Below are positions 53,421-64,000 of a DNA stretch of 64,000 nt, piece after piece; position 1 is the first letter of the stretch, and every line of letters starts with the position of its first letter. The notes below the pieces were generated by a model. That model did no database searches. It was given only the letters and a program-made list of their open reading frames with translations, and had not been told where the DNA came from. This DNA comes from an uncultured Planctomycetota bacterium (lineage in GTDB: Bacteria; Planctomycetota; Planctomycetia; Isosphaerales; Isosphaeraceae). The stretch is from assembly GCA_963737655.1 (NCBI GenBank), contig CAVTTN010000002.1, positions 6,560,001-6,624,000 on the forward strand, read 5' to 3'. A program made the position numbers and the translations under genes.

Positions 53421-54002
53421 TCACTTTTTCTTGTAACGGATCTCCATGAACTTGACCGGCTCCTTCCCGCCCTCGGGCAGGTGGTACTCGGTGAAGACCC
53501 GCTCGTTGTCCGCCTTGAAAGTTGTCACGAACTTCATCTTCATGGGCTCGCCGGTGGCGGGGTTCTCGAGTTCGGCGGTCATGGTCATCGTCTGCGAGGG
53601 CTCGTCATACGTCCCTTCAAGGGTGTCGATCCGGGTGGACATCGAGTCGAGCCAGGTGCCGACGTACTTGCCCTTCTTGGCGTCAAAGCCGGTCTGGGAG
53701 TGCCCCTCGAACGGCATCCCGGCGAACTCTCCCTTGAAGCTGCTGATCAGCCAGTGGCCGCCCAGGAGGCTGTTCGTCTCGACGGCCTTCGAAGTCATGG
53801 GCTTGGCCACTCCCGGCAGATACGTGGTGATGTCGGCGTCCCAGACGCCCACTTCCCGCGCCAGGACCTTGTGCTCCTTGAGCGTGGGCACCGCGGCGAC
53901 CGGGCCGGGCTCGTCCTTCGCCTTGGGCTCGTCCTTCGCCGTCGCCATCGCCGCGGTAAGGATCACCGATGTCAGCGCCGCACCGATCGTCGTACTCTTC
54001 AT
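53421..54002 (-). CDS. DUF1579 family secreted protein
   Basis: EHKVLAREVGVW, GMPFEG, GFD..KGKYVGTWLDSMST. Confidence 0.88.
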   Translation of the reverse strand: MKSTTIGAALTSVILTAAMATAKDEPKAKDEPGPVAAVPTLKEHKVLAREVGVWDADITTYLPGVAKPMTSKAVETNSLLGGHWLISSFKGEFAGMPFEGHSQTGFDAKKGKYVGTWLDSMSTRIDTLEGTYDEPSQTMTMTAELENPATGEPMKMKFVTTFKADNERVFTEYHLPEGGKEPVKFMEIRYKKK

Positions 54003-54295
54003 GACGGGCCTCCTTGAACAAAGAAACAGGCATTCCGCGGCGGTACTATGCCCGTTCGGCGACATTTTGTCCACTAGAAAATCGCGGATTCACCGGATCT
54101 TCGCGAGGAGGGGCCGTGGCCGCCGGCGTGTTGTGGATGGAATGACCGCAAACCGCACCCCTGACCGTAATGCAGGAAAGGACTTGGGGACGGCGGAACC
54201 CACGCCCACGAGACGCCGATGGCTTCCCCCTGGACCTCGCGCCTCGTATCCTGGCGGCCGGATCGGATGGGGTTCGAGCGATCGGGAGGCCGGGC

Positions 54296-55966
54296 GTGGA
54301 TCTCTGGATTCAGAGCTATGACCCCGTGGGGAACTGGCCGGTCTCGACGGCGATCGCGGCCATGCCGGTGGTCGTGTTGCTGGGCTTGCTCGGTTCGGGG
54401 AAGGTCGGCGCCTGGCAGGCCGCGGTGGCCGGGCTGGTCACCGCGATGGGAGCGGCGGTCTTCGCGTTCGGGATGCCCGCGCCGATGGTGTTTGCCGCCG
54501 CCGGCTATGGCGTGGTCTTCGCCGCGTTCCGCATCCTCTGGCTGATCGTCTCGGCCGTCTTTCTCTATGACATCGCGGTGACGACCGGGCAGTTCGACGT
54601 CATGAAAGCCTCGATCGCCGGCCTCTCGGGCGATCGAAGGCTCCAGGCGGTCCTGATCGCGTTCTCCTTCGGCGCGTTCATCGAGGGGGCGGCCGGTTTC
54701 GGGGCGCCGGTGGCGATCTCGGCGGCGTTCCTGGTCGGCCTGGGCTTCCGACCGTTCCAGGCGGCCCTCTTGTGCCTCGTGGCCAACACCGCGCCGGTGG
54801 CCTGGGGGGCGATCGGCACGCCGATCCGCACGTTGGCGACGGTCACCAGCCTGGACGTCGAGGCCCTGAGCGCCACCTCGGGCCGGATCTTGCCGATCCT
54901 GTCGCTGATCATCCCCTTCTGGCTGGTGAAGACGATGGCCTCGTGGCGGGACACGTGGGCCGTCTGGCCGGCACTGCTGGTGATGGGCGGGACGTTCGCC
55001 GGGGCCCAGTTCGCGTGGTCGAACTTCGTCGGCTTCGAGCTCGTGGACATCGTTTCGGCCGTGGCGAGCCTCCTGGCCGGAGTGATCCTGCTCAAGGTCT
55101 GGAAGCCGAAGACCCAGTGGCGGTTCCCCGAGGATCGGCCTCCCGAAGTCGGCGACGTCCCTCCGCCCAAACTCGAACCCTCGAAGGTCGTCCGGGCCTG
55201 GATGCCGTTCGTCTTGCTGTCGATCACCGTCCTGGTCTGGGGCGTGCCCCCGGTGAAAAAGGCGATGGACGCCCACTCGTCCTGGAAGCCGGAAATGCCC
55301 GGACTTCACCTCAAGATCGCCAAGGGAGCGGCCGTGACCGGCCACGACGAGCCGGTCGAAAAGGACCTGGAAAAGGCGGAGATGGACATCGTTCCCGTGA
55401 GCTCGACCGGGACGGCCGTGTTCCTCGCCGCCCTGCTCAGCGGGGCGCTGCTGGGGGTCCATCCGGCGAGGCTGGCGAGGATTTTCGCCGGGACGGTCGT
55501 GAGATTGGTCCCCGCGATGGCGGCGATCGTGGCCATGCTGGCGCTGGGGTTCGTCACGAAGTACTCGGGGATGGACGCCGTCCTCGGCCTGGCGTTCACC
55601 CGGACCGGGCCGATGCTCTACCCGATCTTCGGCACGATGCTCGGCTGGCTGGGCGTGGCCCTGACCGGTTCGGACACCTCCAGCAACGTCCTGTTCGGGA
55701 ACCTCCAGAAGGTCACGGCGACGAAGCTCGGGCTGAACCCGATCTTGATGGCCTCGGCCAACACCACCGGGGGCGTCATGGGCAAGATGATCGACGCGCA
55801 ATCGATCGTCGTCGCCGCCGCGGCCACCGGCGAGGGCGGCAAGGAGGGCGAATTGCTCCGGGCCGTCTTGTGGCACAGCGTGGCCCTGGCCTTGCTCGTG
55901 GGATTAATCGTCTGGAGCTATGCCCACTGGTTCCCTGGGATGGTCGCCGCCCCGGCGCCCCGGTGA
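54296..55966 (+). CDS. L-lactate/glycolate permease (LctP family)
   Basis: FIEGAAGFGAP, ANTAPVAWGAIG, TGSDTSSNVLF, GGVMGKMI. Confidence 0.93.
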   Translation: MDLWIQSYDPVGNWPVSTAIAAMPVVVLLGLLGSGKVGAWQAAVAGLVTAMGAAVFAFGMPAPMVFAAAGYGVVFAAFRILWLIVSAVFLYDIAVTTGQFDVMKASIAGLSGDRRLQAVLIAFSFGAFIEGAAGFGAPVAISAAFLVGLGFRPFQAALLCLVANTAPVAWGAIGTPIRTLATVTSLDVEALSATSGRILPILSLIIPFWLVKTMASWRDTWAVWPALLVMGGTFAGAQFAWSNFVGFELVDIVSAVASLLAGVILLKVWKPKTQWRFPEDRPPEVGDVPPPKLEPSKVVRAWMPFVLLSITVLVWGVPPVKKAMDAHSSWKPEMPGLHLKIAKGAAVTGHDEPVEKDLEKAEMDIVPVSSTGTAVFLAALLSGALLGVHPARLARIFAGTVVRLVPAMAAIVAMLALGFVTKYSGMDAVLGLAFTRTGPMLYPIFGTMLGWLGVALTGSDTSSNVLFGNLQKVTATKLGLNPILMASANTTGGVMGKMIDAQSIVVAAAATGEGGKEGELLRAVLWHSVALALLVGLIVWSYAHWFPGMVAAPAPR

Positions 55967-56220
55967 GATCGGGGTTCGGCTCGGCAATTCCGAGATCCGT
56001 CCCGCAGGGGAGCCCCGGCCGGGCCGGCCCGGTTCGAACTCCGCGTCGAGAGCCGCGACGGCCGGACGTTCGCCGTCGAGCCGATCGAGATGACCCTGGA
56101 GTGAGCGGCCCTGGCGCGGATTCGCCTGGAACGGCGCCCGGGACGTGAGCGAGAATGGGGTCATCGATTCGCCCGGCCTCTCGATCGCGGTCCGGCGGTT
56201 TTTCGAGTAGCCGAGACGCC

Positions 56221-57204
56221 ATGAACCTCCTCCCCATGTTCGACGACGAGCCGCCCCCCCAGGCCGCCCGGCTTGGGCCGAAGCTTCGCGACCTGGCGGA
56301 GCAGGGGGTCTTTTTTGGAACGAGCTCCTGGAAATATGAAGGGTGGTTGGGCTCGATCTACTCGCCCGATCGCTACTCGACCCGAGGCAAGTTTTCTCAG
56401 GCGAAGTTCGATTCCGGTTGCCTTGCCGAGTATGCCGAGACCTTCCCGGTCGTCTGCGGCGACTTCAGCTTCTACCAGTTCCCGACCGATGCCTTCTGGT
56501 CGAAGCTTTTCGGCGAGACCCCCGATCGACTGCTCTTCGCGTTCAAGGTGCCCGAGGAACTGACCGTGGCCGAGTGGCCGAAGCATGCCCGGTACGGGGT
56601 CCGGGCCGGTCGGCCCAACTCGTCGTTCCTCGACCCTCGGCTGTTCGACCGGATGTTCGCCCGGCCGCTTTCGGCGTTCGGCGACCGCGTGGCGACGCTC
56701 ATCCTCGAATTCGGCACGTTCCCGAAACGCACGTTCGCCCGCCCCGACGACTTCCTCCGCCGGCTCGACCCGTTCCTCGCGAGCCTCCCCGGTGGATTTC
56801 GGTATGCGGTGGAAGTCCGCAACCCGGAGTTCCTCGGGACCGAGTATTTCGACGCGCTCTCTCGCCACAACGTCGCCCACGTCTTCAGTGCCTGGACGCG
56901 GATGCCCGAGATCGGCGACCAGATGGCGCTTCCCGGCGCGTTCTCGGCCGATTTCACCGTCGCGAGGGCCTTGCTCCGCCGGGGAAGGGCCTACGAGGAC
57001 GCCGTCTCGACCTTTCAGCCATATGAACGGGTGCAAGAGCCGAACGAGCCGGTCCGCCTCGCCCTGAAGACCCTGGCCGAACGCGCCCGGACCCTCCGTC
57101 GATCCACGTATTTATTTATCAATAACCGCCTGGAAGGCAACGCGCCGGGGACCATCGAGGCGGTGGTCTCGTCCCTGTCCGATGGCATGCCCGGGAAGAC
57201 GTAA
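56221..57204 (+). CDS. DUF72 family protein
   Basis: GTSSWKYEGW, FSFYQFP, FAFKVP, YAVEVRN, INNRLEGNAP. Confidence 0.9.
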   Translation: MNLLPMFDDEPPPQAARLGPKLRDLAEQGVFFGTSSWKYEGWLGSIYSPDRYSTRGKFSQAKFDSGCLAEYAETFPVVCGDFSFYQFPTDAFWSKLFGETPDRLLFAFKVPEELTVAEWPKHARYGVRAGRPNSSFLDPRLFDRMFARPLSAFGDRVATLILEFGTFPKRTFARPDDFLRRLDPFLASLPGGFRYAVEVRNPEFLGTEYFDALSRHNVAHVFSAWTRMPEIGDQMALPGAFSADFTVARALLRRGRAYEDAVSTFQPYERVQEPNEPVRLALKTLAERARTLRRSTYLFINNRLEGNAPGTIEAVVSSLSDGMPGKT

Positions 57205-57245
57205 GCCGGACAACCGGCCCTCGGCGTCCTGGCGGTTCGTCCCGT

Positions 57246-58538
57246 TCAAGGCTTCGCCAACTTCGGGTCTTCGACGACCATCAGGATCGGCCGATGCTCG
57301 GCGGACTCCCGGCTCGCGAAGTCGTATTCGAGGCGGTGGGGTTCCTTCCTCGACTCGTCCTCGAACCGGAGGAGGACTCCCGCCCTCCGGCCGTCGGCCT
57401 TCGGGTCGCGGATCGCCCCGGTCACGTCGAACGTCTTCCAGCCGACGGTCGGCTCGAACGGATGGGTCGAGATCGGGACGTCCGAGGCGGGGGGCTGCGA
57501 GGTCCAGGAAGTCTGTTCGCCCCACTCGCCCGAGATCGAGCGGACCTGGAGCGTCCCGGACGTCCCCGGCGCGTCCTTGATCTTCCGGCAGTAGACCGCC
57601 AGGACGAACCGGACTCCCGGATCGTCGCGGTCGAACCGGGGGACCTCGGGGAGGCCGATCAGGGCGCGGACCCCGCCGTCATAATTCCCCACGGCGAGAT
57701 TGTCCACGTCCCCCCGGCCCCAGCCGGGCAGGTAGGAGATCACCATCACGTCCTTCTCGACCGGCAGGGCGCGGATCGGTCGTCCCCCGAGGAGGTTGGC
57801 GAGGGAGGGTTCCATGGAGACGGTGGGGAAGTTGGCGCGGCCCCGGGGCGCCGGAGGGGCGCTCGGGCGGATTTCCTCGAAATATCTTGCCACAAAAGGC
57901 GCTTCGTCCTCCGATTTCGTGGCTTCGGCCGGTTTTTCGTCGGGCTTCTTCGGGGAGGGCGCGGTCGGCTCGATCGTGACCGCCAGGTCGTCGAACCAGG
58001 CCCGGCCGGAGCCCGTGAGCGCGGCTCGGACGAGGATCGAAGTCGTCCCTTCGGGCACGGCGATCGGCTCGCTTCGGAACTTCTTCCATGCCTGATCGCC
58101 TCGGACGACCGGAGTGCTGCCAAAGGCCACGAGCTTCTCGTCGGGACCCGGCCGAGCCCCCGGGGCCCAGCACTGGAGGCACACGTTCACGGCGTCGGCA
58201 TCGCGGGTCTTGATCCAGGCGGTGAGCCGAACCGTTTTTCCCGTCGGCACTTCCGTCAACGGCTGGGCCCAGTTGAATGCGATGGGCTGGGGCGGATCGG
58301 GACCTTCAAAGACGATGGCCAGGCTGGCCTTGCCGTCGTGCTTCTCGTCCGTGACGCGGGTCATCGCGAGGCCCTTGATCGGCTCCGGACCCTTCGCGGC
58401 GAACCAGATCGAAGGTTTGTCCCCCTTGCCCGCCTCGGCGCCGGGGTTCTGGAGGAGGTTTGCGGGCCTGTCGTCGGCCTGGCCGATGGCCACCAGGGTG
58501 ATCACGGCGAACGTCGAGGCCGTCCAAATTCGGATCAT
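57246..58538 (-). CDS. Secreted protein with CBM-like N-domain and DNRLRE-like C-domain
   Basis: NLLQNPGAE...AWFDDL; WGEQTSWTSQP, FDVT, FASRES...RPIL. Confidence 0.7.
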   Translation of the reverse strand: MIRIWTASTFAVITLVAIGQADDRPANLLQNPGAEAGKGDKPSIWFAAKGPEPIKGLAMTRVTDEKHDGKASLAIVFEGPDPPQPIAFNWAQPLTEVPTGKTVRLTAWIKTRDADAVNVCLQCWAPGARPGPDEKLVAFGSTPVVRGDQAWKKFRSEPIAVPEGTTSILVRAALTGSGRAWFDDLAVTIEPTAPSPKKPDEKPAEATKSEDEAPFVARYFEEIRPSAPPAPRGRANFPTVSMEPSLANLLGGRPIRALPVEKDVMVISYLPGWGRGDVDNLAVGNYDGGVRALIGLPEVPRFDRDDPGVRFVLAVYCRKIKDAPGTSGTLQVRSISGEWGEQTSWTSQPPASDVPISTHPFEPTVGWKTFDVTGAIRDPKADGRRAGVLLRFEDESRKEPHRLEYDFASRESAEHRPILMVVEDPKLAKP

Positions 58539-58867
58539 CGCGGCTCCCTCACAGAAGGGGTCGGGGCCCGGTTCAGGGCCAGGGCCGGGTCGAGGATGAA
58601 CTTCGGCGACGTGTTTTCCAGGGCCGCCGGGCGGATTCGCCTCGGAGGGGTCGGGGCCGATCGGGCCCAGACCCCGACGGCGATCACCGAGGCCGCCCCG
58701 GCCATGGCCAGGACGATTTTCGCGAGCCTGGCCGACCTCCGGGGGGCCCGGGGCAGGGCGGCAAGGATTCGGTCCTCAAGTCCCTCCGGGATCGTCGGTT
58801 GTGGGAGACCGCGGAGGGCTTCTTCGAGCGGGTCGGGGGCCGGGAACCGCCTCGGCGGGCCGTCCAT
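58535..58867 (-). CDS. Putative anti-sigma factor (single TM)
   Basis: LEEALRGLP...PEGLEDRILAALP + TM, immediately after the ECF gene. Confidence 0.65.
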   Translation of the reverse strand: MDGPPRRFPAPDPLEEALRGLPQPTIPEGLEDRILAALPRAPRRSARLAKIVLAMAGAASVIAVGVWARSAPTPPRRIRPAALENTSPKFILDPALALNRAPTPSVREPR

Positions 58868-59402
58868 CGTCGTGGTCCTCCGCGTTCAGGGTCGCCCGGA
58901 GTCGGGCCAGCGCCCGGCTCGTCCGCCATTTGACAGTGCCGACCGGCTCGCCCAGGACCTCGGCCGCCTGGCGGAAGCTCAGGCCCTGGTAGTAGTGAAG
59001 GATCACGGCCAGCCTCTCGGGCGGCTCCAACGCCCCGACGGCCGAGGCCAGCCCCCGGGCCGACTCAAGAGCGGCGAGCGGTCTCGAAGGGTCCAGGTCG
59101 TCGGCCTCGGAGCGAGCGGCGAGGGTCTCGGCCGCCTCGATCCGGCATCGGGTCCGCCGGGCATCCAGGGCCTTCCTCAGAGCGATCCGGTGGAGCCAGG
59201 TCGCCACCGAAGCCTCGCCCCGGAACCCCCGCCGGGCCTTCCAGGCCGCCGCAAAGGTTTCCTGGGTCAGATCTTCGGCCAGGGAGACATCCCCCGTCAG
59301 GTGAACGAGGAAACGGTAGACAGCCGACGAATGGTCGCGGACGATTTCGGCGGCCCCTCCTCGCTCGTCGTCGCGATCGCCCACGAGCGGACTCCCGGTC
59401 AC
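58776..59402 (-). CDS. ECF RNA polymerase sigma factor
   Basis: AEDLTQETF, TWLHRIA, GTVKWRTSRA. Confidence 0.92.
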   Translation of the reverse strand: MTGSPLVGDRDDERGGAAEIVRDHSSAVYRFLVHLTGDVSLAEDLTQETFAAAWKARRGFRGEASVATWLHRIALRKALDARRTRCRIEAAETLAARSEADDLDPSRPLAALESARGLASAVGALEPPERLAVILHYYQGLSFRQAAEVLGEPVGTVKWRTSRALARLRATLNAEDHDDGRPAEAVPGPRPARRSPPRSPTTDDPGGT

Positions 59403-59714
59403 GCCGGCCGGTCCGAGACGCCGGCCTCCTCGACCTTAGACGGCCGGCAGCCCCGGGGTGTTGGCGCCCTTCGGGTGCGAACCTGGAGGAGAATCCCGGG
59501 GTCGGTCAGTCGGAGGCAGAAAAAATCCTCCGCGGCCCCTTGCCGAAGGGTCGGGGGTCGATGTAGGATTCCTCCTGCCCGAAGCGTTTGCCGTTCCCCG
59601 CGCGCCGTTTCGAGACGACGACGACCGCCGGCGAATCGTTGCCAACCTCGTCGCGGTCGTCCGCGGAAAGGCCCGGCGCCGAGGAAGAAAATCGGGCGGC
59701 GGGCGGGAATGATC

Positions 59715-59742
59715 TTGCATCGACGGAGTTCGGCGTTATAGT
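59715..59742 (+). promoter_or_regulatory. Sigma70-type promoter of the tRNA-tuf operon
   Basis: TTGCAT-N16-TATAGT ~25 nt upstream of tRNA-Thr. Confidence 0.55.
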
Positions 59743-59766
59743 AAGGAATTTCACGGCCCGCGGATC

Positions 59767-59839
59767 GCTGGCGTAGCTCAATCGGCAGAGCACCGGTTTT
59801 GTAAACCGACGGTTGTGAGTTCGACTCTCACCGCCAGCT
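59767..59839 (+). tRNA. tRNA-Thr(TGT)
   Basis: Cloverleaf; anticodon loop TTTGTAA. Confidence 0.93.
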
Positions 59840-59920
59840 CTGGTCCGGGAGCGCCGTCGAGGTGGTCCCGGGCAGATGACCCCGGCCTTTGAGGGAGGCC
59901 CCCGCAGACCCCTCCGACCC

Positions 59921-60002
59921 GGGTGGATACCCAAGTGGCTAAAGGGGCCAGACTGTAAATCTGGTGGCTATGCCTTCGCAGGTTCGAATCCTGCTCCACC
60001 CA
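59921..60002 (+). tRNA. tRNA-Tyr(GTA)
   Basis: CCAGA-CTGTAAA-TCTGG, long variable arm. Confidence 0.95.
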
Positions 60003-60141
60003 ATCCCGGGGCGAGACGCCGGGACGGATCGCCGGACCGACCGGGACGGACGGAACCCCAAGGACACGACCCCGCGAGACCCGACCTCCCACGATCGATC
60101 GGCCGCGGAGTTCCGCCCGACCGGGCCGAGCCAGACCGAAC

Positions 60142-60212
60142 GCGGGTGTAACTCAATGGTAGAGTACCTGCCTTCCAAGCAGGCAACGTGGGTTCGATTC
60201 CCATCACCCGCT
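60142..60212 (+). tRNA. tRNA-Gly(TCC)
   Basis: CCTGC-CTTCCAA-GCAGG. Confidence 0.95.
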
Positions 60213-60335
60213 CTGATCTGACGTGACGAGAGACGGGCCCCGCCAGTCCCGGAACGAGGCCCAACCCGAAGAGCTGGAGAAGAGAGACGCAACCGACCCT
60301 CCCCAAATCACGCGGCAAGCGTCCCACGCACCGCG

Positions 60336-60408
<73 letters not shown>

Positions 60409-60599
60409 TTTGGTTCCTTCGCCCCGATCACAGCAGAGCAGCGCAGACGTCCCGGCGGCCCCTCCGCGATCGATTCCGCCGCCCCGCCCGGAGACGTTGT
60501 TTTCCCCGAGGACCCGAGGGGCGGCCGGGTGGGGTGCCCGCCCCCCCAACAGAGGACGCCGCGAGGCGTCGCCCGACGCAACGCAAGGCAGGAGTAACG

Positions 60600-61808
<1,209 letters not shown>

Positions 61809-61821
61809 TCCAGAGCCGGAA

Positions 61822-61909
61822 AGTGCCGAGTGCCGAGTGCTGAGGCAAGACCCGAGGGACCGACCCCGTCCCGTCTTCACTCGGCACTCGGCACTCCGCA
61901 CCCAGCACT
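61822..61909. repeat. Inverted heptamer tandem repeats (AGTGCCG)n / (CACTCGG)n
   Basis: 3 units left, 4 partly degenerate units right, between tuf and rpmG. Confidence 0.85.
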
Positions 61910-61925
61910 CTTCAGGGGCGGGGCG

Positions 61926-62078
61926 ATGCGCGAATACGTCTGGCTGGAATGCACCTCGTGCGGCGAGCGGAACTATCGGACCCCGAAGGAGACGCGGGGG
62001 GCCGAGCGGCTCGACCTGAAGAAGTACTGCTCGAAGGAGCGGAAGCACACGTCCCACAAGGAATCCCGGAAGAAGTAA
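61926..62078 (+). CDS. rpmG: 50S ribosomal protein L33
   Basis: [11 protein letters not shown]...LDLKKYC...HTSHKE. Confidence 0.96.
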   Translation: MREYVWLECTSCGERNYRTPKETRGAERLDLKKYCSKERKHTSHKESRKK

Positions 62079-62140
62079 GAATCGAGAGAATCCCGGGCCG
62101 GTCGGCGGCGATTTTGGGCCGTCGGCCGGTCCGTATCGTG

Positions 62141-62213
62141 ACGAGCGTAGCTCAATTGGTAGAGCAGCGGTCTCCAAAACCGCAGGTTGGGGGTTCGATT
62201 CCCTCCGCTCGTG
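62141..62213 (+). tRNA. tRNA-Trp(CCA)
   Basis: GCGGT-CTCCAAA-ACCGC. Confidence 0.95.
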
Positions 62214-62297
62214 CCTCGGGGAAGGGTGGAATCCGCACCCGGCACGTCCGCTCCGCCTCCGCTCCAGCCCCAGCACTTTTCCGGTCGGGTGGCCGCC

Positions 62298-62828
62298 ATG
62301 GGTAAAGTTAAAGACGAAGCGCCGGCGAAGTCGGCCAAGGGTTCGCCGAAGGGCTCGTCGCTCCGCAAGACCGGAGGCCGGGTCGTCTCGTTCGTCGCGA
62401 ACCTGGCGAGCACCCAGACGTTCAAGCCAACCCAGGGCAAGAACGCCCGCCTCTGGACGGGGGTCGGCCTCGGGGCGATCGTCGCCACGGGGCTGTACCA
62501 GCTCCACGAGCAGCAGCTCCAGGGGCAATATGGCCCGGCCGTCCGCCTGGGCATCCCGACGGCCCTGGGCCTGGCCTTCGGCTGGATGATCTGGCGGCTC
62601 GTTCAGTACCCGCCGTTCGCCGACTTCCTGATCGCCACCGAAGCGGAGATGAACAAGGTCTCCTGGACCAGCCGGGACGACCTCTACCGGGCCACGATCG
62701 TGGTCCTGGTGACCGTCCTGTTCCTGTCGGTCTACCTTTTCGGGGTCGATTTCCTCTGGTCCACGATGCTCCAGGCCATCGGCGTCCTCAAGTTCAAGAG
62801 CACGTCGCTGGGCGAGCAGGCGGGCTAG
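62298..62828 (+). CDS. secE: Preprotein translocase SecE (3-TM form)
   Basis: [14 protein letters not shown]; synteny. Confidence 0.93.
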   Translation: MGKVKDEAPAKSAKGSPKGSSLRKTGGRVVSFVANLASTQTFKPTQGKNARLWTGVGLGAIVATGLYQLHEQQLQGQYGPAVRLGIPTALGLAFGWMIWRLVQYPPFADFLIATEAEMNKVSWTSRDDLYRATIVVLVTVLFLSVYLFGVDFLWSTMLQAIGVLKFKSTSLGEQAG

Positions 62829-62910
62829 CTCGCCTTGCCGAGTCGTCCCGCTTCGCCCCGAACGAGCCATCCTCCGATCGATCGTCCCTCCTTCCGTCCC
62901 GGGTCTCCTC

Positions 62911-63636
62911 ATGAGCCAGCCGACCGACGAGACCCACGACCCGAGCACCGCCCCCGGCGAGACTCCCGGCGGCCTCGGCCTGTCCAGCCCGTTCGAGATC
63001 GAGGAGCAGACGCCCGACGGAGGGCCGACGTCGCCTGCGGCCCCTCCGCCTGCGGCCCCCCCGGCGGCGCCCGAGCCCGACCCGGACGACGAGCCACCGC
63101 CGCAACTGGTCTGGTACGTGCTCAAGGTCCAGTCCAGTCGAGAGGATACGATCCGCGACGCCCTGGAGCGCCGGGTCAAGATCCAGGGCCTCCAGCGGTT
63201 CTTCGGCCGGATCGTGGTGCCCACCGAGAAGATCACCGAGATCCGCAATAACAAGAAGAAGGTCGTCGAGCGCAAGAGCTATCCCGGCTACATCATGGTC
63301 GAGATGGAACTCAACGAGAAGACCTGGTTCACGGTGAGGGAGACCCCCGGGGTCGGCGACTTCGTCGGGGCCCATGGCCAGCCGACGAAGATGACCCAGG
63401 CCGAGGTCGACCAGATGCTCGGCCAGCAGACGGCCGCCGAGACCGAATCGGCCCCGAAGGTGCGGATCGACGTCGAGCGGGGCGACCGCGTGAAGATCAA
63501 GGACGGCCCGTTCGAGAATTTCGAGGGGACCGTCGAGGAAGTCATCGAGCAGCGCGGCCTCGTGAAGGTCATGCTCATCATCTTCAACCGGCCCACGCCG
63601 GTGGACCTGGAATACTGGCAGGTGGAACGGATCTAA
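62911..63636 (+). CDS. nusG: Transcription termination/antitermination factor NusG
   Basis: [33 protein letters not shown]. Confidence 0.97.
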   Translation: MSQPTDETHDPSTAPGETPGGLGLSSPFEIEEQTPDGGPTSPAAPPPAAPPAAPEPDPDDEPPPQLVWYVLKVQSSREDTIRDALERRVKIQGLQRFFGRIVVPTEKITEIRNNKKKVVERKSYPGYIMVEMELNEKTWFTVRETPGVGDFVGAHGQPTKMTQAEVDQMLGQQTAAETESAPKVRIDVERGDRVKIKDGPFENFEGTVEEVIEQRGLVKVMLIIFNRPTPVDLEYWQVERI

Positions 63637-63643
63637 GTTGCGC

Positions 63644-63743
63644 AGTGGGCAGTGGGCAGTGGGCAGTGGGCAGTGAAGACGAAGCGATCAAGCGGCCGCC
63701 ATTTCCGTCTTCACTGCCCACTGCCCACTGCCCACTGCCCACT
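63644..63743. repeat. Perfect 38-bp inverted repeat made of (AGTGGGC)4
   Basis: (AGTGGGC)4AGTGAAGACG-24 nt-CGTCTTCACT(GCCCACT)4. Confidence 0.92.
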
Positions 63744-63757
63744 CGCCGGAGGCGACG

Positions 63758-64000
63758 ATGGCGAAGGTGATGACGGCGAAGGTGAAGCTCCAGTGCCCGG
63801 GCGGCCAGGCCACGCCCGCGCCCCCGGTCGGCCCCGCGTTGGGCCAGCACGGGGTGAATATCGGCCAGTTCGTGATGCAGTTCAACGAGCGGACGAAGGA
63901 CATGAAGGGGACGACGATCCCCATCGAGATCACGATCTACAGCGATCGCTCCTTCGAGTTCATCACCAAGAGCCCGCCCGCGGCGGTCCTCCTGAAGCAG
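63758..64000 (+). CDS. rplK: 50S ribosomal protein L11 (partial)
   Basis: [26 protein letters not shown]. Confidence 0.97.
   Translation, partial: MAKVMTAKVKLQCPGGQATPAPPVGPALGQHGVNIGQFVMQFNERTKDMKGTTIPIEITIYSDRSFEFITKSPPAAVLLKQ

Noticed and set aside
61822..63743. Heptamer arrays and 15-nt CYGG repeats as CRISPR
   Set aside because: No unique spacers, wrong unit length, no cas genes.

Overview
GC-rich bacterial chromosomal window. The PEP-CTERM, LEPR-XLL-like, Uma2 and kinase-TPR proteins and the divergent EF-Tu effector loop point to Planctomycetota, probably Isosphaeraceae-like (inference). Most of it is core or housekeeping: pncB, pyrE, trpF, trxA, ahcY, csrA, an Rrf2-linked sulfate ABC operon and a lactate permease. 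It ends in the tRNA(Thr-Tyr-Gly-Thr)-tuf-rpmG-tRNA(Trp)-secE-nusG-rplK cluster. I see no transposase, integrase, prophage or CRISPR array. Highlights: (1) an SdpAB-like HTTM (vitamin-K-carboxylase-related) gene pair sits head-to-head with a gene for an exported protein carrying 12 Cys-Tyr motifs and a Pro-Ala tail, a candidate peptide/protein modification system; (2) two parS-like palindromes suggest an origin-proximal location; (3) twin Rrf2-type operators could link a DUF2071-DUF488 operon to the sulfate regulon; (4) two related heptamer-repeat hairpins lie inside the tuf-rplK operon; (5) several REP/REPIN-like elements are present. At least eight single-base frameshifts in ordinary genes are most likely assembly errors, and they create false fusions and splits in the ORF track. 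All family assignments come from motif recognition by eye, not database searches.
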